A DNA stretch of 64,000 bases from the NCBI GenBank assembly GCA_964016885.1, contig OZ024742.1:196354001-196418000 (forward strand), written 5' to 3'. This document shows positions 1 through 16,044 of this stretch, one piece after another. How positions within the stretch are numbered: position 1 is the first letter of the stretch; each line of letters begins with the position of its first letter. Source of the DNA: Eledone cirrhosa. Its lineage: Eukaryota. Under the pieces are notes generated by a model. It was not told the origin of the DNA, made no database searches, and was given only the letters and a program-made list of their open reading frames with translations. A program made the position numbers and the translations under genes.

Positions 1-505
1 TTCTTTATAACGTTCACATATTCTTCACATTCAATGTTCATGTCTCACTACCACAACATCACAGTGTATGCAGATATCATACAATCTTCAAAGAGAAAAC
101 CCCTTTGTTACCAACAAAGGTAGTAGTTCTCTGAACGTTTTGCACACCATTTTTACTCTGGCTTCTATACTTTCAGAACACCTAATGGTGTGGCTGATTT
201 GGTTGCCAAGGTTAACAGAAGCTGTCAACAATTCAGAGGGAGCCTTCCCTGAATTGAAAAAATTCATTTTGTAGGTATTCTTACTACCAACTACTCCACT
301 GCCCAATGCATCTGCTACTTATAATATCTACCTTCTCTATTGGCCTCCCTGTGATTGCACAATATCTCTTCACCCCCATAGTTTTCATGGGTACACTGCA
401 TGGAATTCTTACCAACCTCTGATCCCCCAGTATCTTTTGTACACTTATAGTTTACACAGCATGGAATTCTTGCCTACATTGTTTCTGTATAATGAACATG
501 ACTAT
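1..505 (-). mobile_element. Degraded RTE LINE fragment (PHD-like and post-RT region)
   Basis: ORF 88..306 reads GNQIS...CSESIEARVK...FRELLPLLVTKGFSL, homologous to the RTE copies elsewhere in the window. Confidence 0.8.
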
Positions 506-625
506 TCACAGTTTACAGTGTAGTCATATCTTATTTTCAGCATACAAAAATTTGAGTCTTTGCTAGGTTGAGTCTTTCTAGATTTAAAAAAAATTGAGAA
601 ATACAGGGCAAATATATATATATAT

Positions 626-965
626 CTCATCATCGTTTTTACCCCTGTTTTTCGATGCTTGCATGGGTTGAATGGGTCCCTTACAGCACAGCATCTCTCT
701 ACTAGCCATATTTCTTCATCATCTCCTCTTTGAGGCATTGTGATTTGAGGTCAGCTCTCACCTAGTCTTTCTTGGTCTTCCTCTACTGTGACTTCCTTCA
801 ATTGGGATTTCCTGGCACTTCTTCACCCAACGGTCATCGTTCATGTGCATCATGTGTCTGTACCAACGCAGTTTTCTCTCCTACACACCACCTCAGATTC
901 CTCTTAAACCCAGTTTCTCGCTCAGTTCCTCCAAGTCCTTCCTTTCTCTCACACTTACATTGCGC
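626..965 (-). mobile_element. RTE LINE 3' end, degraded
   Basis: Minus strand resembles the LRWYGHV...WVKKCQE...RGRPRKT region, followed by the aacccatgcaagcatcgaaaaacag 3' UTR and a (GAT)n tail. Confidence 0.75.
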
Positions 966-1482
966 ATATATATATATATGACTGTGTTTTTATAAATAAG
1001 TGTGTGTACACACACACTTATTTATAAAAACACATATACACTATAAGGATGTTAATCCTCAGAGAAATTTTAATTATTCTATGAATGAAATAAAAATTAC
1101 TTAAAAGAATTATCACATACATATGTTTTTATGAAGTTACACAATAGCATGATTGGCTAACAAACAGGAACTGAACATGACGTAAGTCATACACAAAAAA
1201 CACACACAGGCAGAGGTTTTGAGCTGGTGGCCTGAAAATAAACAAGTAGACTGTAGGATCTCGTAACTAACTGGCCTAGATCTAAATAATGTTTAACAGA
1301 CGACTACGATAATATTCCGTATGACATGAAAGTTAAGCCATATATATATATGTGTATGGGGGTGAGTGGATGTGTGTGTATATATGTGTGTATATATATA
1401 TATATACACACTGCAATTGTGTATATGCATGTGGTGTATATATATATACACACCACATAGATATACACAATTGCAGTTATAG

Positions 1483-1520
<38 letters not shown>

Positions 1521-1543
1521 CACATACATATACACAATTGCAG

Positions 1544-1590
<47 letters not shown>

Positions 1591-1775
1591 CGAAGCATAA
1601 GTTAATTGCATGAACTCATAATCCTTTATTTACTGCTATATATATTTTGATGATGTCCATTGAATGGCTATGACCTCATCAGGCAGTTAGTTAGTTCTTA
1701 GATATGCCAGGTCTGTGATTATGGTGTTGATGGTATCAGAGCCTTGGGACATATGTATGTATGTATATATATATA

Positions 1776-2000
1776 TCATCATCATCGTTTAACATCCATG
1801 TTCCACGCTTGCATGGGTTTGGACGGGAGTTTTCCCACTTGAGGCAAGAGTGGTTGTCATTGCTCGCATAGGACTGTCTGGCGGGTTTTCTACAGCTGGA
1901 TGCCCTTCCTAACACCAACCACATTTACGGTGTGGGGCTGGGAGGTTTCTACCATGTTGCCTACACGGCCACATTACAGCGTGGACTGTGTGTTTTTTTG
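1776..2000 (-). mobile_element. RTE family B 3' UTR fragment
   Basis: Near identical to 11338-11560 and 31783-32020; (CAT)n tail on the plus strand. Confidence 0.85.
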
Positions 2001-2100
2001 TATATATATAATGTGGGTAATAATAAATATTACCCAATTACAAATATGAAAATAGCTCTATGTAAAATGCCAAGTATACTACAGAGCCGAAATACAAGGT

Positions 2101-2562
2101 AGATATATACATATATATACATATACATACATATATATATACATACATACATAGATATACATATACATACATACATACACACATATATATACATACATAT
2201 ACATGCACATACATACATACATACATACACACACATACATATATATACATACATACATACATACATATATACATACATACATACATATATATACATACAT
2301 ACATACATACATATATACATACATACATACACATATATATACATACATACATACACATATATACATACATACATACACATATATACATACATACATACAC
2401 ATATATATACATACATACACATATATATACATACATATATATATATACATACATACACATATATATACATACATACACATATATATACATACACATATAT
2501 ATACATACATATATATATACATACATATATATATACATACATACACATATATATACATACAT
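2101..2562. repeat. (TACA/TA)n compound microsatellite
   Basis: Direct reading. Confidence 0.95.
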
Positions 2563-3500
2563 GGAATAAAGCCTGATATAAATCTCTCACCCAGAGAAAT
2601 CGGAAGATCCTATTCAATGTTCAAACAAGAAAAAAAATTGACCAATTTACAGAGAAAGTTGTGCATGGATACTTGAGGCGTAAAACACAGACCATAGAGG
2701 GGATAAACCACTCAAAAAGCCTGGCATGGAGTTCCGACAAGTTTATGACATCACACCTTGAGGGATATCTCTATGCAATACAGGAACAAGAACTCCCTAC
2801 CAAATATCTGCTGCACAAAAGAGGAGGGCCAGCAGCTGACAATAAATGTAGGCTATGTAAAACAAAGATCGAGGATGTAAGCCACATTGTTGCCAGCTGC
2901 GAAAGAATGTCATCTCGCTACTACCTCCCCATGAGACACGATGGGATAGCTAGAACTATCTGGAACGCACTTCGGAAAACAAAATTAACAACAAACGAGG
3001 AAGAATATATTGAGACAGATGGCACTAAGGAATACTGGTGGAACCTGAAAATAAAAACTGCCACCAAATTAAAGCACAACCGGCCTGATATTGTAGTTTG
3101 GGACCACACATTGAAAACGTGTTCTGTTGTGGAGATCAGCTGCCCACTTGATGTAAACGTTGTCAGAAAAATACAGGAGAAGGAGGACATCTACGGACCA
3201 TTGATGAGGAGCTTACAAATCCAGTATCCAAGATACACCTTTAGCTTCATACCCATCATTATTGGTGCTACGGGTTATATACCAACCCGCTTGGACCAAA
3301 GTATGACCGAACTTGGATTTGCGGACAAAAAGCGCAGCTCCCTAATTCATAGTCTACAAATGGCTGCGATAGCTGGCACCTTCAAAATATGCAAAACATT
3401 CTTGCGATTCAAGGGATGACAATTTCTTTTCTTTTACAACCTTGCCACCAGGAAGGTGGCCGGTCAAAAAAATATACTCGAAATTAAGAGAAAGAGAAAA
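2563..3500 (+). mobile_element. 5'-truncated R4/Dong-like non-LTR retrotransposon (CCHC knuckle plus restriction-like endonuclease), inserted in a microsatellite
   Basis: Open ORF 2661..3419 with AIQEQEL, CRLC..EDVSHIVASC, RHD, HNRPDIV..D, EISCP and EK..Y motifs; short 3' UTR; (CATA)n on both sides. Confidence 0.9.
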
Positions 3501-3673
3501 CATACACATATATATACATACATACATACATACACACACACACATACATACATACACATACATACATACATATATATATATACATACATACATACATACA
3601 TATACATACATACATACATATACATACATACATATACATACATACATATACATACATACATACATACATACAT

Positions 3674-3708
<35 letters not shown>

Positions 3709-4017
3709 TACATACACACACACACACACATATTCATACACACACACATACATATTCATACACACACACATACATATTCATACATACACACACACATACA
3801 TATTCATACATACACACACATACATATATATACATACATACACACACACACATACATATATATACACACATACACACACACATACATATATATACACACA
3901 TACACATACATACATATATATACACATACATACATATATATACATACATACATACATACATATACATACATACATATATATATATACATATACATACATA
4001 CATATATATATATACAT

Positions 4018-4050
<33 letters not shown>

Positions 4051-4053
4051 CAT

Positions 4054-4086
<33 letters not shown>

Positions 4087-4175
4087 CATACATACATACA
4101 TACATATATATACATATATATACATATACATATATATACATATATACATATATATATATATACATATATATATAC

Positions 4176-4206
<31 letters not shown>

Positions 4207-4217
4207 CATATATATAC

Positions 4218-4268
<51 letters not shown>

Positions 4269-4278
4269 CATACATATA

Positions 4279-4310
<32 letters not shown>

Positions 4311-4329
4311 CATATATATACATACATAC

Positions 4330-4372
<43 letters not shown>

Positions 4373-4471
4373 CATACACACACACACATACACACACATA
4401 CATACATATATATACATACATACATATACATACATACACATATATATACATACATACATACACATATATAC
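3501..4471. repeat. (TACA/TA/CA)n microsatellite
   Basis: Direct reading. Confidence 0.95.
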
Positions 4472-4976
4472 ATGACGAAGAAGGGTTTCTCCCTGCGTAC
4501 GAAAGGCCGGTTGTATGATACCTGTGTGAGGAGCGCGATGCTGCATGGTAGTGAGACATGGGCAGCAACCGCAGAGGATATGCGACGGCTGGAGAGAAAT
4601 GAGGCAAGCATGCTCCGTTGGATGTGCAGTGTAAATGTGCGTGAACGACCCAGCATAAATGTGTTGAGAGAGAAACTGTGTCTGAGAGGGATAGAATGTA
4701 GTGTACGGGAGAGTAGACTGAGGTGGTATGGACATGTGATGCGCATGGAGGATGACCGATGGGTGAAGAAGTGCCAGGAAATGCCAGTTGAAGGAAGACG
4801 TGGTAGAGGTAGACCACGAAAAACATGGGCGGAGGTGGTGAGAACAGACCTCAGATCATTGAAGCTCACGGTGGAGATGACGAGGGACCGTGACGAGTGG
4901 AGAGATGCTGTGCTGAATAAGACCCGTCCCACCCTTGCAAGCAGGGAAAAGCGGACGTAAAATGATGATGATGAGA
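4472..4976 (+). mobile_element. RTE family A 3' end with intact frame
   Basis: ORF 4472..4960 [20 protein letters not shown]...LRWYGHV...GRGRPRKTW; (GAT)n tail; closest to the 3' end of the 24.3-27.5 kb element. Confidence 0.92.
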
Positions 4977-5452
4977 ATATACATACATATACATACATAT
5001 ATATATATACATATATATATATATACATATATACATACATATATACATACATATATATATACATATATATATATATATACATATATACATATATATACAT
5101 ATATACATATATACATATATACATATATACATATATATATATACATATATATACATATACATATATATACATATATATATATATATATACATATACACAT
5201 ATATATATATACACATATATATATATATACATATATATACATATATATATATACACATATATATATATACACATATACATATATATACATATATATACAT
5301 ATATATATATACACATATATATATATACACATATACATATATATATATACACATATACATATACATATATATATACATATACATATATATACATATATAT
5401 ACACATATACATATATATATATATACACATATATATATATACACATATACAT

Positions 5453-5486
<34 letters not shown>

Positions 5487-5530
5487 ATATATATACACAT
5501 ATATATATATATACATATATATATATACAC

Positions 5531-5563
<33 letters not shown>

Positions 5564-5941
5564 CACATATATATATATATATACACATATATATATATAT
5601 ATACACATATACATATATATATACATATACATATATATATACATATACATATATATATACATATACATATATATATACATATACATATATATATACATAT
5701 ACATATATATATGCATATATATATACATAAACATATATACATATATATATACATATATACATATATATATACATATATATATACATATACATAAACATAT
5801 ATACATATATATATACATATACATATACATATACATATATATATATACATATATATACATATATATATATACATATACATATACATATATATATACATAT
5901 ATATATACATATACATATATATATACATATACATATATATA

Positions 5942-5974
<33 letters not shown>

Positions 5975-6549
5975 ACATATACATATATACATATACATAT
6001 ATATATATACATACACATATATATATATACATACACATATATATATATACATACACATATATATATATATATATACATATATATATACATATATATATAC
6101 ATATACACATATATATACATATACACATATATATATACATATATATATACATATACACATATATATACATATACACATATATATACATATACACATATAT
6201 ATATACATATATATATACATATACACATATATATATACATATATATATACATATACACATATATAATATACATATATATATACATATACACATATATATA
6301 TACATATATATATACATATATATATACATATATATATACATATATACATATATATATACATATATATATACATATACATATATATATACATATACATATA
6401 TATACATATACATATATATATATATACATATATATATACATATATATATATATACATATATATATACATATATACATATATACATATATATATACATATA
6501 TACATATACATATATACATATACATATATACATATACATATATATATAC

Positions 6550-6582
<33 letters not shown>

Positions 6583-6690
6583 CATATATATATACATATA
6601 TATATATATACATATACATATACATATATATATACATATATATATATACATATATATATATATACATATATATATACATATATATATACA
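4977..6690. repeat. 1.7-kb (TA)n/(TACA)n microsatellite
   Basis: Direct reading. Confidence 0.95.
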
Positions 6691-7288
6691 TGGTGGCTGC
6701 CAACTCGTTTTCGAGTACGGCCACTACTTTATATCCATGTAGGAGAACCCCCGAGTGTGACTTTTCAGTCCAGCCAGCGACTTGAAAACTCTGGTACAAA
6801 CACTACACCTGTGACAATTATTGACACATAGTGCTTGGCCCATGGTACCATGTGACGACAAGTGCAGAGAGATCAGAGATCTCCAGATATAAAGCAATGC
6901 CTGTGCCGTGAAGCTTTTATAGTGAGCAAAGGCACTGCACAAAGCCAGTCCCACTCTCTTAACCAAGATGATATTTACCAAAAAGAAGAACAAGTCAACA
7001 TCATTGGATACCATCAGGGTTGCAGGTGTTATATCAGAGTTTTCCTTCTAGAATTCTGCCTTGACAAAGGCTAAGGGGTCATCTCTCCCAGTGATTTTGG
7101 ATGGCCATTGACTCTTAAGAGCTCCTTTGCCCTTTGACAGGTTTTGTTTTTAGTCCTGCAGGATGTCCAAAGTCACCCTCCTCACCAAGAAACCTTGGTG
7201 GGGTTGCCAGGTTAGTCGCCAACGACCCGACCATGGGACAGGTTGTACTGGGATACATGTTACCAGTAGCACCAACTGGTGACCTGAC
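6691..7288 (-). mobile_element. Non-autonomous RTE-derived element, longest copy (RTE-like 5' UTR plus C2H2-finger 3' end)
   Basis: Shared with 10482-10663, 27608-28017 and, diverged, 22535-22845; contains an agaaggaaaactctga RTE-UTR-like motif and [17 protein letters not shown]; all copies share the 3' terminus ggcagccacca. Confidence 0.8.
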
Positions 7289-9531
<2,243 letters not shown>

Positions 9532-9744
9532 ATAAAATATTAAAAAAATAATGAATAAAACAATGAAACAGTTCCTTATATTAAACAAAAAAAGTTCATT
9601 ATTTAACGATCGTTTCTAGGATATATATGTGTTAGAATTGGCATGCATATTCAACAGATCTATGTACAAAATTATACAAAATTATACAAACTATCAAGAT
9701 TAAATATACATACCAAACACACATATATGCCGTCTTCAGAAATA
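9532..9744 (-). mobile_element. Single-arm copy of the 55162-55588 palindromic hammerhead element
   Basis: Near identical to 55162-55374; the ORF track gives the same [13 protein letters not shown] peptide at both loci. Confidence 0.85.
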
Positions 9745-9749
9745 TATAT

Positions 9750-9788
<39 letters not shown>

Positions 9789-9920
9789 TACATATATACA
9801 TATATATATATACATATATACATATATATATATACACATATATATATATATATACATATATACATATATATATACATATATACATATATATATACATATA
9901 TACATATATATATATACACA

Positions 9921-9965
<45 letters not shown>

Positions 9966-10224
9966 AAATATATATATACACATACACACATATATATACA
10001 TATATATATATATACATATACATATATATACATATATACATATATATATATATACATATATATACATATACACACATATATATATATACATATACACATA
10101 TATATATACATATATATATAATATATACATATATACAGATATACATATATATATAAGAATTAAGATACTAGAGTGCGTTGGAGTAAAACACACTCATCAT
10201 ATTATAGAAATGACAGTATATACA

Positions 10225-10330
10225 GAGGTGTAAGTGTGTGAGGTCGGAGTTTATCAGCTCGTCCCAGGTTTTTCTGGGTCTGCCTATTCCGTGGCTACCG
10301 TCTATCTTTATTGCCCTGCACTTTGTTATA
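10225..10330 (-). mobile_element. Internal RTE family B fragment
   Basis: [35 protein letters not shown]. Confidence 0.85.
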
Positions 10331-10418
10331 CTCAATGTAATACAACAGAGCCGAAAAATTATAAAAATAGACAAAGAAGTCTTCAATACATCAAAAATCT
10401 TTATTAGCCTACATATAC

Positions 10419-10449
<31 letters not shown>

Positions 10450-10481
10450 TATATATATATACATACATATATATATATACA

Positions 10482-10663
10482 TGGTGGCTGCCAACTCGTG
10501 TTCGAGTACGGCCACTACTTTATATCCATGTAGGAGAACCCCTACCGATGCGCTGAACGAGCGACTTTTTAGTCCAGCCAGTGACTTGAAAACTCTGGTA
10601 CAAACACTACACTTGTGACAATTATTGACACATAGTGCTGGGCCCATGGTACCATGTGACGAC
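10482..10663 (-). mobile_element. Non-autonomous RTE-derived element, 5'-truncated
   Basis: Matches 6691-6860. Confidence 0.8.
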
Positions 10664-10771
10664 ATACATATATATACACATACATATATACATACATATA
10701 TATATACATACATATACACATATATATACATACATATACACATATATATACATACATATACACATATATAT

Positions 10772-10811
<40 letters not shown>

Positions 10812-11062
10812 ACATATATACATACATACATACATACACACATACATATATATATATACATACATACATACATACACACATACATACACATATACACACA
10901 TACATATACACAATATATATATACATATACACATATATATATACACACATATATACACACATATATATATATACACACACACATTTATATACATATACAC
11001 ACATATATATACACATATACACATTTATACATACATTTATATACATACATACATATGCACAC

Positions 11063-11101
<39 letters not shown>

Positions 11102-11337
11102 CATTTATATACATACATATATGGTACATATAGTGTTTCTCAAGTCATGCATTACATATCTGTTGACAGGAAGACAGTGAAATAAAACCAGACATTCAGT
11201 CAAATTATACAACAGAAATATTTTCACTGAAGACAACACTAACAATAACAACACCAGCGGCAACAGCAAGAAGAGCAGACTTTGAAGTAGTTTAGCTTAT
11301 GTGTGTGCGTGTGTACAGTGTATGTATGTATGTATAT

Positions 11338-12100
11338 ATCATCATCATCAACGTTTAACGTCCGTGTTCCACGCTTGCATGGGTTTGGACGGGGGTTTTC
11401 CCACTTGAGGCAAGAGTGGTTGTCTTGCTCGCATAGGACTGTCTGGCGGGTTTTCTCCAGTTGGATGCCCTTCCTAACACCAACCACATTTACAGTGTGG
11501 ACTGGGAGGTTTTTACCGTGTTGCCTACACGGCCACATTTACAGCGTGGACTGTGTGTTTTTTTTTGTCGTGACACCTACACGATCTCATTTGTTTCGGC
11601 CTGGGTGGTGTGGCACCAACATAACTTTACATAGAAGGGGGCGGTGTGGATGGGGTGGGGGTGGTGGGACGGGGGTGTATGTTGTTAGAGATGCCTACTG
11701 ACTGTAGTAGGTATTACTTTGTATTTAGGTAAGGCGGGTCTTCTCTATTACTGAGTACTGCCAAAGGTCTCGGTCCAGTGACATTGTCTTGGTGAGGTGT
11801 AAGTGTGTGAGGTCGGAGTTTATCAGCTCGTCCTAGGTTTTTCTGGGTCTGCCTATTCCGTGGCTACCGTCTATCTTTATTGCCCTGCACTTTGTTATAC
11901 AGCTATCGTCCTTAATGCGCATCACGTGACCATACCAACGTAGCCTTCTCTCTAGTAAACAACATCTGATCCCTCTTATTTCTAATTTTTTCCTTAGTTC
12001 GTTTATGCTTTGTCGTTCACGTATATTACTATTACACATCCAGCGGAGCATGCAAGCTTCGTTCCTCTCTAGTCTGCGTATATCCTCTGCACTCAAAGCC

Positions 12101-12102
<2 letters not shown>
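11338..12102 (-). mobile_element. RTE family B 3' fragment
   Basis: ORF 11833..12096 plus 3' UTR and (GAT)n tail. Confidence 0.92.
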
Positions 12103-12144
<42 letters not shown>

Positions 12145-12180
12145 ATTAATAAATGGAAACTATATTTATAAAACCATATT

Positions 12181-12245
12181 TATTTCATTATACATATTTC
12201 AAGGATACCAAGTTAAATTATGGTATGCCTTCATCAGACAAAATA
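12181..12245 (-). ncRNA. Minimal type I hammerhead ribozyme motif, family H1 (single arm)
   Basis: Minus strand: UAUUUUGU CUGAUGA AGGCAUACCA-loop-UGGUAUCCUU GAAA UAUGUA UA AUGAAAUA; surrounding 12141-12250 is homologous to 55843-55945. Confidence 0.65.
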
Positions 12246-12436
12246 CAATATATATCAGTTTTACAAATAAGCATTGACGTACCCTTTCAAAATGCGACCC
12301 CATTACTTTTGGAGGACATCAGGATACATCTACTCCAAATACTTGTCGAGTGCTTTATATCAGTTATAAAAATATTTACTTGTTGTATCCCAACAATTTA
12401 AATAGAACTTTTGCATATATATATATATATATATGC

Positions 12437-12468
<32 letters not shown>

Positions 12469-12502
12469 ATACTTGGGGAGGGTCATATTTGTGTAATATT
12501 GC

Positions 12503-12996
12503 CAGAATTAATAATAGAACACACTCACTGTTTGGTTGGTTTTCGCTTCTCGCTGTCTTTTATATCTGCAATCTAACTTACTCGGTCCTCAATGTTGCCA
12601 TTGACTGACCGGCGGTCAAAAATAATACAGATACAATATAGACACAAACACATATATATAGTTTACATAATTTACATAAATCTTTCGTTGCACATCAGCA
12701 ACATCGTCAGTGGTGTTATATTTTTTCCTCCTGTTGTGTTGTATGTCTACGCCATTTTTTTTATTCAGGAGGAAAAAATATAACACCACTGACGATGTTG
12801 CAGATGTGCAACGAAAGATTTATGTAAATTATGTAAACTATATATATGTGTTTGTGTCTATATTGTATCTGTATTATTTTTGACCGTCGGTCAGTCAATG
12901 GCAACATTGAGGACCGAGTAAGTTAGATCGCAGATATGAAAGACAGCGAGAAGCGAAAACCAACCAAACAGTGAGTGTGTTCTGTTATTAATTCTG
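12503..12996. repeat. Long inverted repeat (about 231-bp arms, 32-nt spacer) with a hammerhead core
   Basis: 12503-12733 is the reverse complement of 12766-12996 with few mismatches; CTGACGA-T-GTTGCA-gatg-TGCAAC-GAAA at 12789-12816. Confidence 0.9.
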
Positions 12997-13012
12997 ACTC
13001 TTTTCCTCATGT

Positions 13013-13806
13013 GCATCATCATCACCGTTTTCCATCCGTTCTTCCACGCTAGCATGAGTTAGACGGGTTGTCCTGTTGTGGGCAGTGTCTGGTCGGCTGA
13101 CCATGCCTTGCTCATACAGGAACTGATTTGGCTTGATTTCTACAGCTGGATGCCCTTCCTAACACCAACCTCATTTACAGTGAGTGCTGGGTGCTTTTTT
13201 GCCGTGGCACCTCCACGATCACCTTGCAGTGGGGAGTGTGGGGGCATATTGTCTATATGCTTCAGCTTGTACCCAAGGGAGGTCGGGTACTCTGTATTAC
13301 TGCGTGACGCCAGAGGTTACGGTCGTGTGTCATTGCTTTGAGAGGTGTAATTGGGTAAGGTCGGCTTTTATCACCTCATCCCAGGTCATCTCCCCACTCC
13401 GCGGTTTCCATCGACTTCTAGTGCTCTACACCTTTTTATGCAGCTGTCATCCTTCATACGCATCACATGTCCATACCAGCGTAACCGCCTCTCCTGCACG
13501 CAGCATTTGATTCCTCTTATGCTCAGTCTCTCTCTCAATTCATTTATGCTTTGTCGTTCACGTATATTACTGTTACACATCCATCGGAGCATGCAGGCTT
13601 CGTTTCTCTCTAATCTACGTAAGTCTTCCACCTTCAGCGCCCAGGTCTCACTACCATGCAACATTGTTGTTCGGATACACGCATCATACAGTCTGCCTTT
13701 CATTCTGAGGGAGAAGCCTTTTGCAGCTCGCAGTGGCAGTAGTTCCCTAAACTTCTTCCATCCCGTTCTTACCCTAGTTATTGTACTTTCTGAACACCCA
13801 CTACCT
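13013..13806 (-). mobile_element. RTE family C 3' fragment
   Basis: ORF 13386..13811 plus 3' UTR and (GAT)n tail. Confidence 0.92.
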
Positions 13807-14195
13807 CGCATGTATGTATATATTTATAGTATTGGTGCTCTGAAATAACAATGCATATATGAATCTATATATAGTATATTTACTCATATACTGTATGTTT
13901 ATCTAAAAACATTTTCAAGGCCATTCGCTATGAATTTTAAAGCGGAGTGGAGTAATCGACGGTCACCGTTTCTCACTTGTAAGTGATTGATAAGACTACA
14001 TACCCCTTCGCTTCTACTGCGATTTATAGAAGCTGGATTCTTATAGAATTCCATATATATAATCCTATATATAACCAAAAGTTTCTATGGTTCGTTGATT
14101 ATTCAACAAATACAATTTTACAATAGATTAGAAGCACCCGACAGAAATTTATTTGGAGTATTTAATATTATTCAAAATATTAATAAACGAAAAAT

Positions 14196-14420
14196 ATTCT
14201 CATCACCAAAATATATATTTTATTCTACATATTTCAAAGGTACAATGGTGTTTCAGTACGTTTTCATCAGATAAAATATATGAGAGATTGGATATGCGAC
14301 ATACTTTAGCGGTATGTCGCATATCCAATCTCTCATATATTTTATCTGATGAAAGCGTACTGAAAAACCATTGTACCTTTGAAATATGTATAATATAATA
14401 TATATTTTGGTTATGAGAAT
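14196..14420. repeat. Palindrome (about 109-bp arms, 7-nt loop) carrying family H1 hammerhead motifs
   Basis: Centre gatatgcgacatac-tttagcg-gtatgtcgcatatc; CTGATGA at 14346, GAAA at 14381. Confidence 0.9.
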
Positions 14421-14905
14421 CATCATCATCATCATCATCATCAGGTTTAGCGTCCGTGTTCCACGCTTGCATGGGTTTGGATGGGGGTTTTCCCACTTGA
14501 GGCAAGAGTGGTTGTCTTGCTCGCATAGGACTGTCTGGCGGGTTTTCTACAGTTGGATGCCCTTCCTAACACCAACCACATTTACAGTGTGGGGCTGGGA
14601 GGTTTTTACCGTGTTGCCTACACGGCCACATTACAGCGTGGACTGTCTGGCGGGTTTTCTACAGCTGGATGCCCTTCCTAACACCAACCACATTTACAGT
14701 GTGGGGCTGGGAGGTTTTTACCATGTTGCCTACACGGCCACATTTACAGCGTGGACTGTGTGTTTTTTTGTCGTGACACCTACACGATCTCATTTGTTTC
14801 GGCCTGGATGTTGTGGGACCAACATAACTGTACATTGAAAGGGGCGGTGTGGATGGGGTGGAGGGACGGGGGGGGTGTTTTGATAGAGATGCCTACTGAT
14901 ATTCT
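14421..14905 (-). mobile_element. RTE family B 3' UTR with internal duplication
   Basis: The ggactgtctggcgggttttctacag...cctacacggccacat block occurs twice (14529 and 14640). Confidence 0.88.
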
Positions 14906-14934
14906 AAACATATATATATAAACATATAGACACA

Positions 14935-15792
14935 ACGGAGGTGGGTGCTCAGAAAGTACAATAACTAGGGTAAGAACGGGATGGAAGAAGTTTAGGGAAC
15001 TACTACCACTGCTAGCTGCAAAAGGCTTCTCCCTCAGAATGAAAGGCAGACTGTATGATGCGTGTATCCGAACAGCGATGTTGCATGGTAGTGAGACCTG
15101 GGCGCTGAAGGTGGAAGACCTACGTAGATTAGAGAGAAACGAAGCCTGCATGCTCCGATGGATGTGTAACAGTAATATACGTGAACGACAAAGCATAAAG
15201 GAATTGAGAGAGAGACTGAGCATAAGAGGAATCAAATGCTGCGTGCAGGAGAGGCGGTTACGCTGGTATGGACATGTGATGCGTATGAAGGATGACAGCT
15301 GCATAAAAAGGTGCAGAGCACTAGAAGTTGATGGAAACCGCGGAGTGGGGAGACCCAAGATGACTTGGGATGAGGTGATAAAAGCCGACCTTACCCAACT
15401 ACACCTCTCAAAGTCAATGACACACGACCGTGACTTCTGGCGTCACGCAGTAATACAGGGTACCCGACCTCCCATGGGTACATGCTGAAGCATATAAACA
15501 ATATGCCCCCCTCCCCCCCACCGCAAGGTGGTCGTGGAGGTGCCACGGCAAAAAAGCACCCAGCCCACACTGTAAAGTGGACGTGTAGGCGCCACGAAAA
15601 AGCACCCAGCACTCACTGTAAATGAGGTTGGTGTTAGGAAGGGCATCCAGCTGTAGAAATCAAGCCAGATCAGTTCCTGTATGAGCAAGGCATGGTCAGC
15701 CGACCAGACACTGCCCACAACAGGACAACCCGTCTAACCCATGCTAGCGTGGAAGAACGGACGTAAAACGGTGATGATGATGATGATGATGA
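14935..15792 (+). mobile_element. RTE family C 3' fragment, young
   Basis: Intact ORF 15039..15488; 3' UTR; (GAT)n tail; nearly identical to the inverted copy at 33351-34018. Confidence 0.93.
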
Positions 15793-16044
15793 CACACACA
15801 TGTACATATATATACATGTAAATATAAATGTATAAATATACACATACACACACTGTGTGTATGTGTATATCATTATCATCATTCATTCTACATTCTATAA
15901 AAATGATATATATATAACTTGATATCCATTATGATTAAGTAAAGAGACATCTATATAAATATGGTATATGATTCTATTGATATAGTGTGAGTGCGCGTGT
16001 GCGCGTGCGTGTGTGTACGTCATAAAATAAACAGCACTCTCTGT

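Noticed and set aside
1640-1690. Minus-strand CUGAUGA hammerhead candidate
   Set aside because: No GAAA after the stem and no stem I
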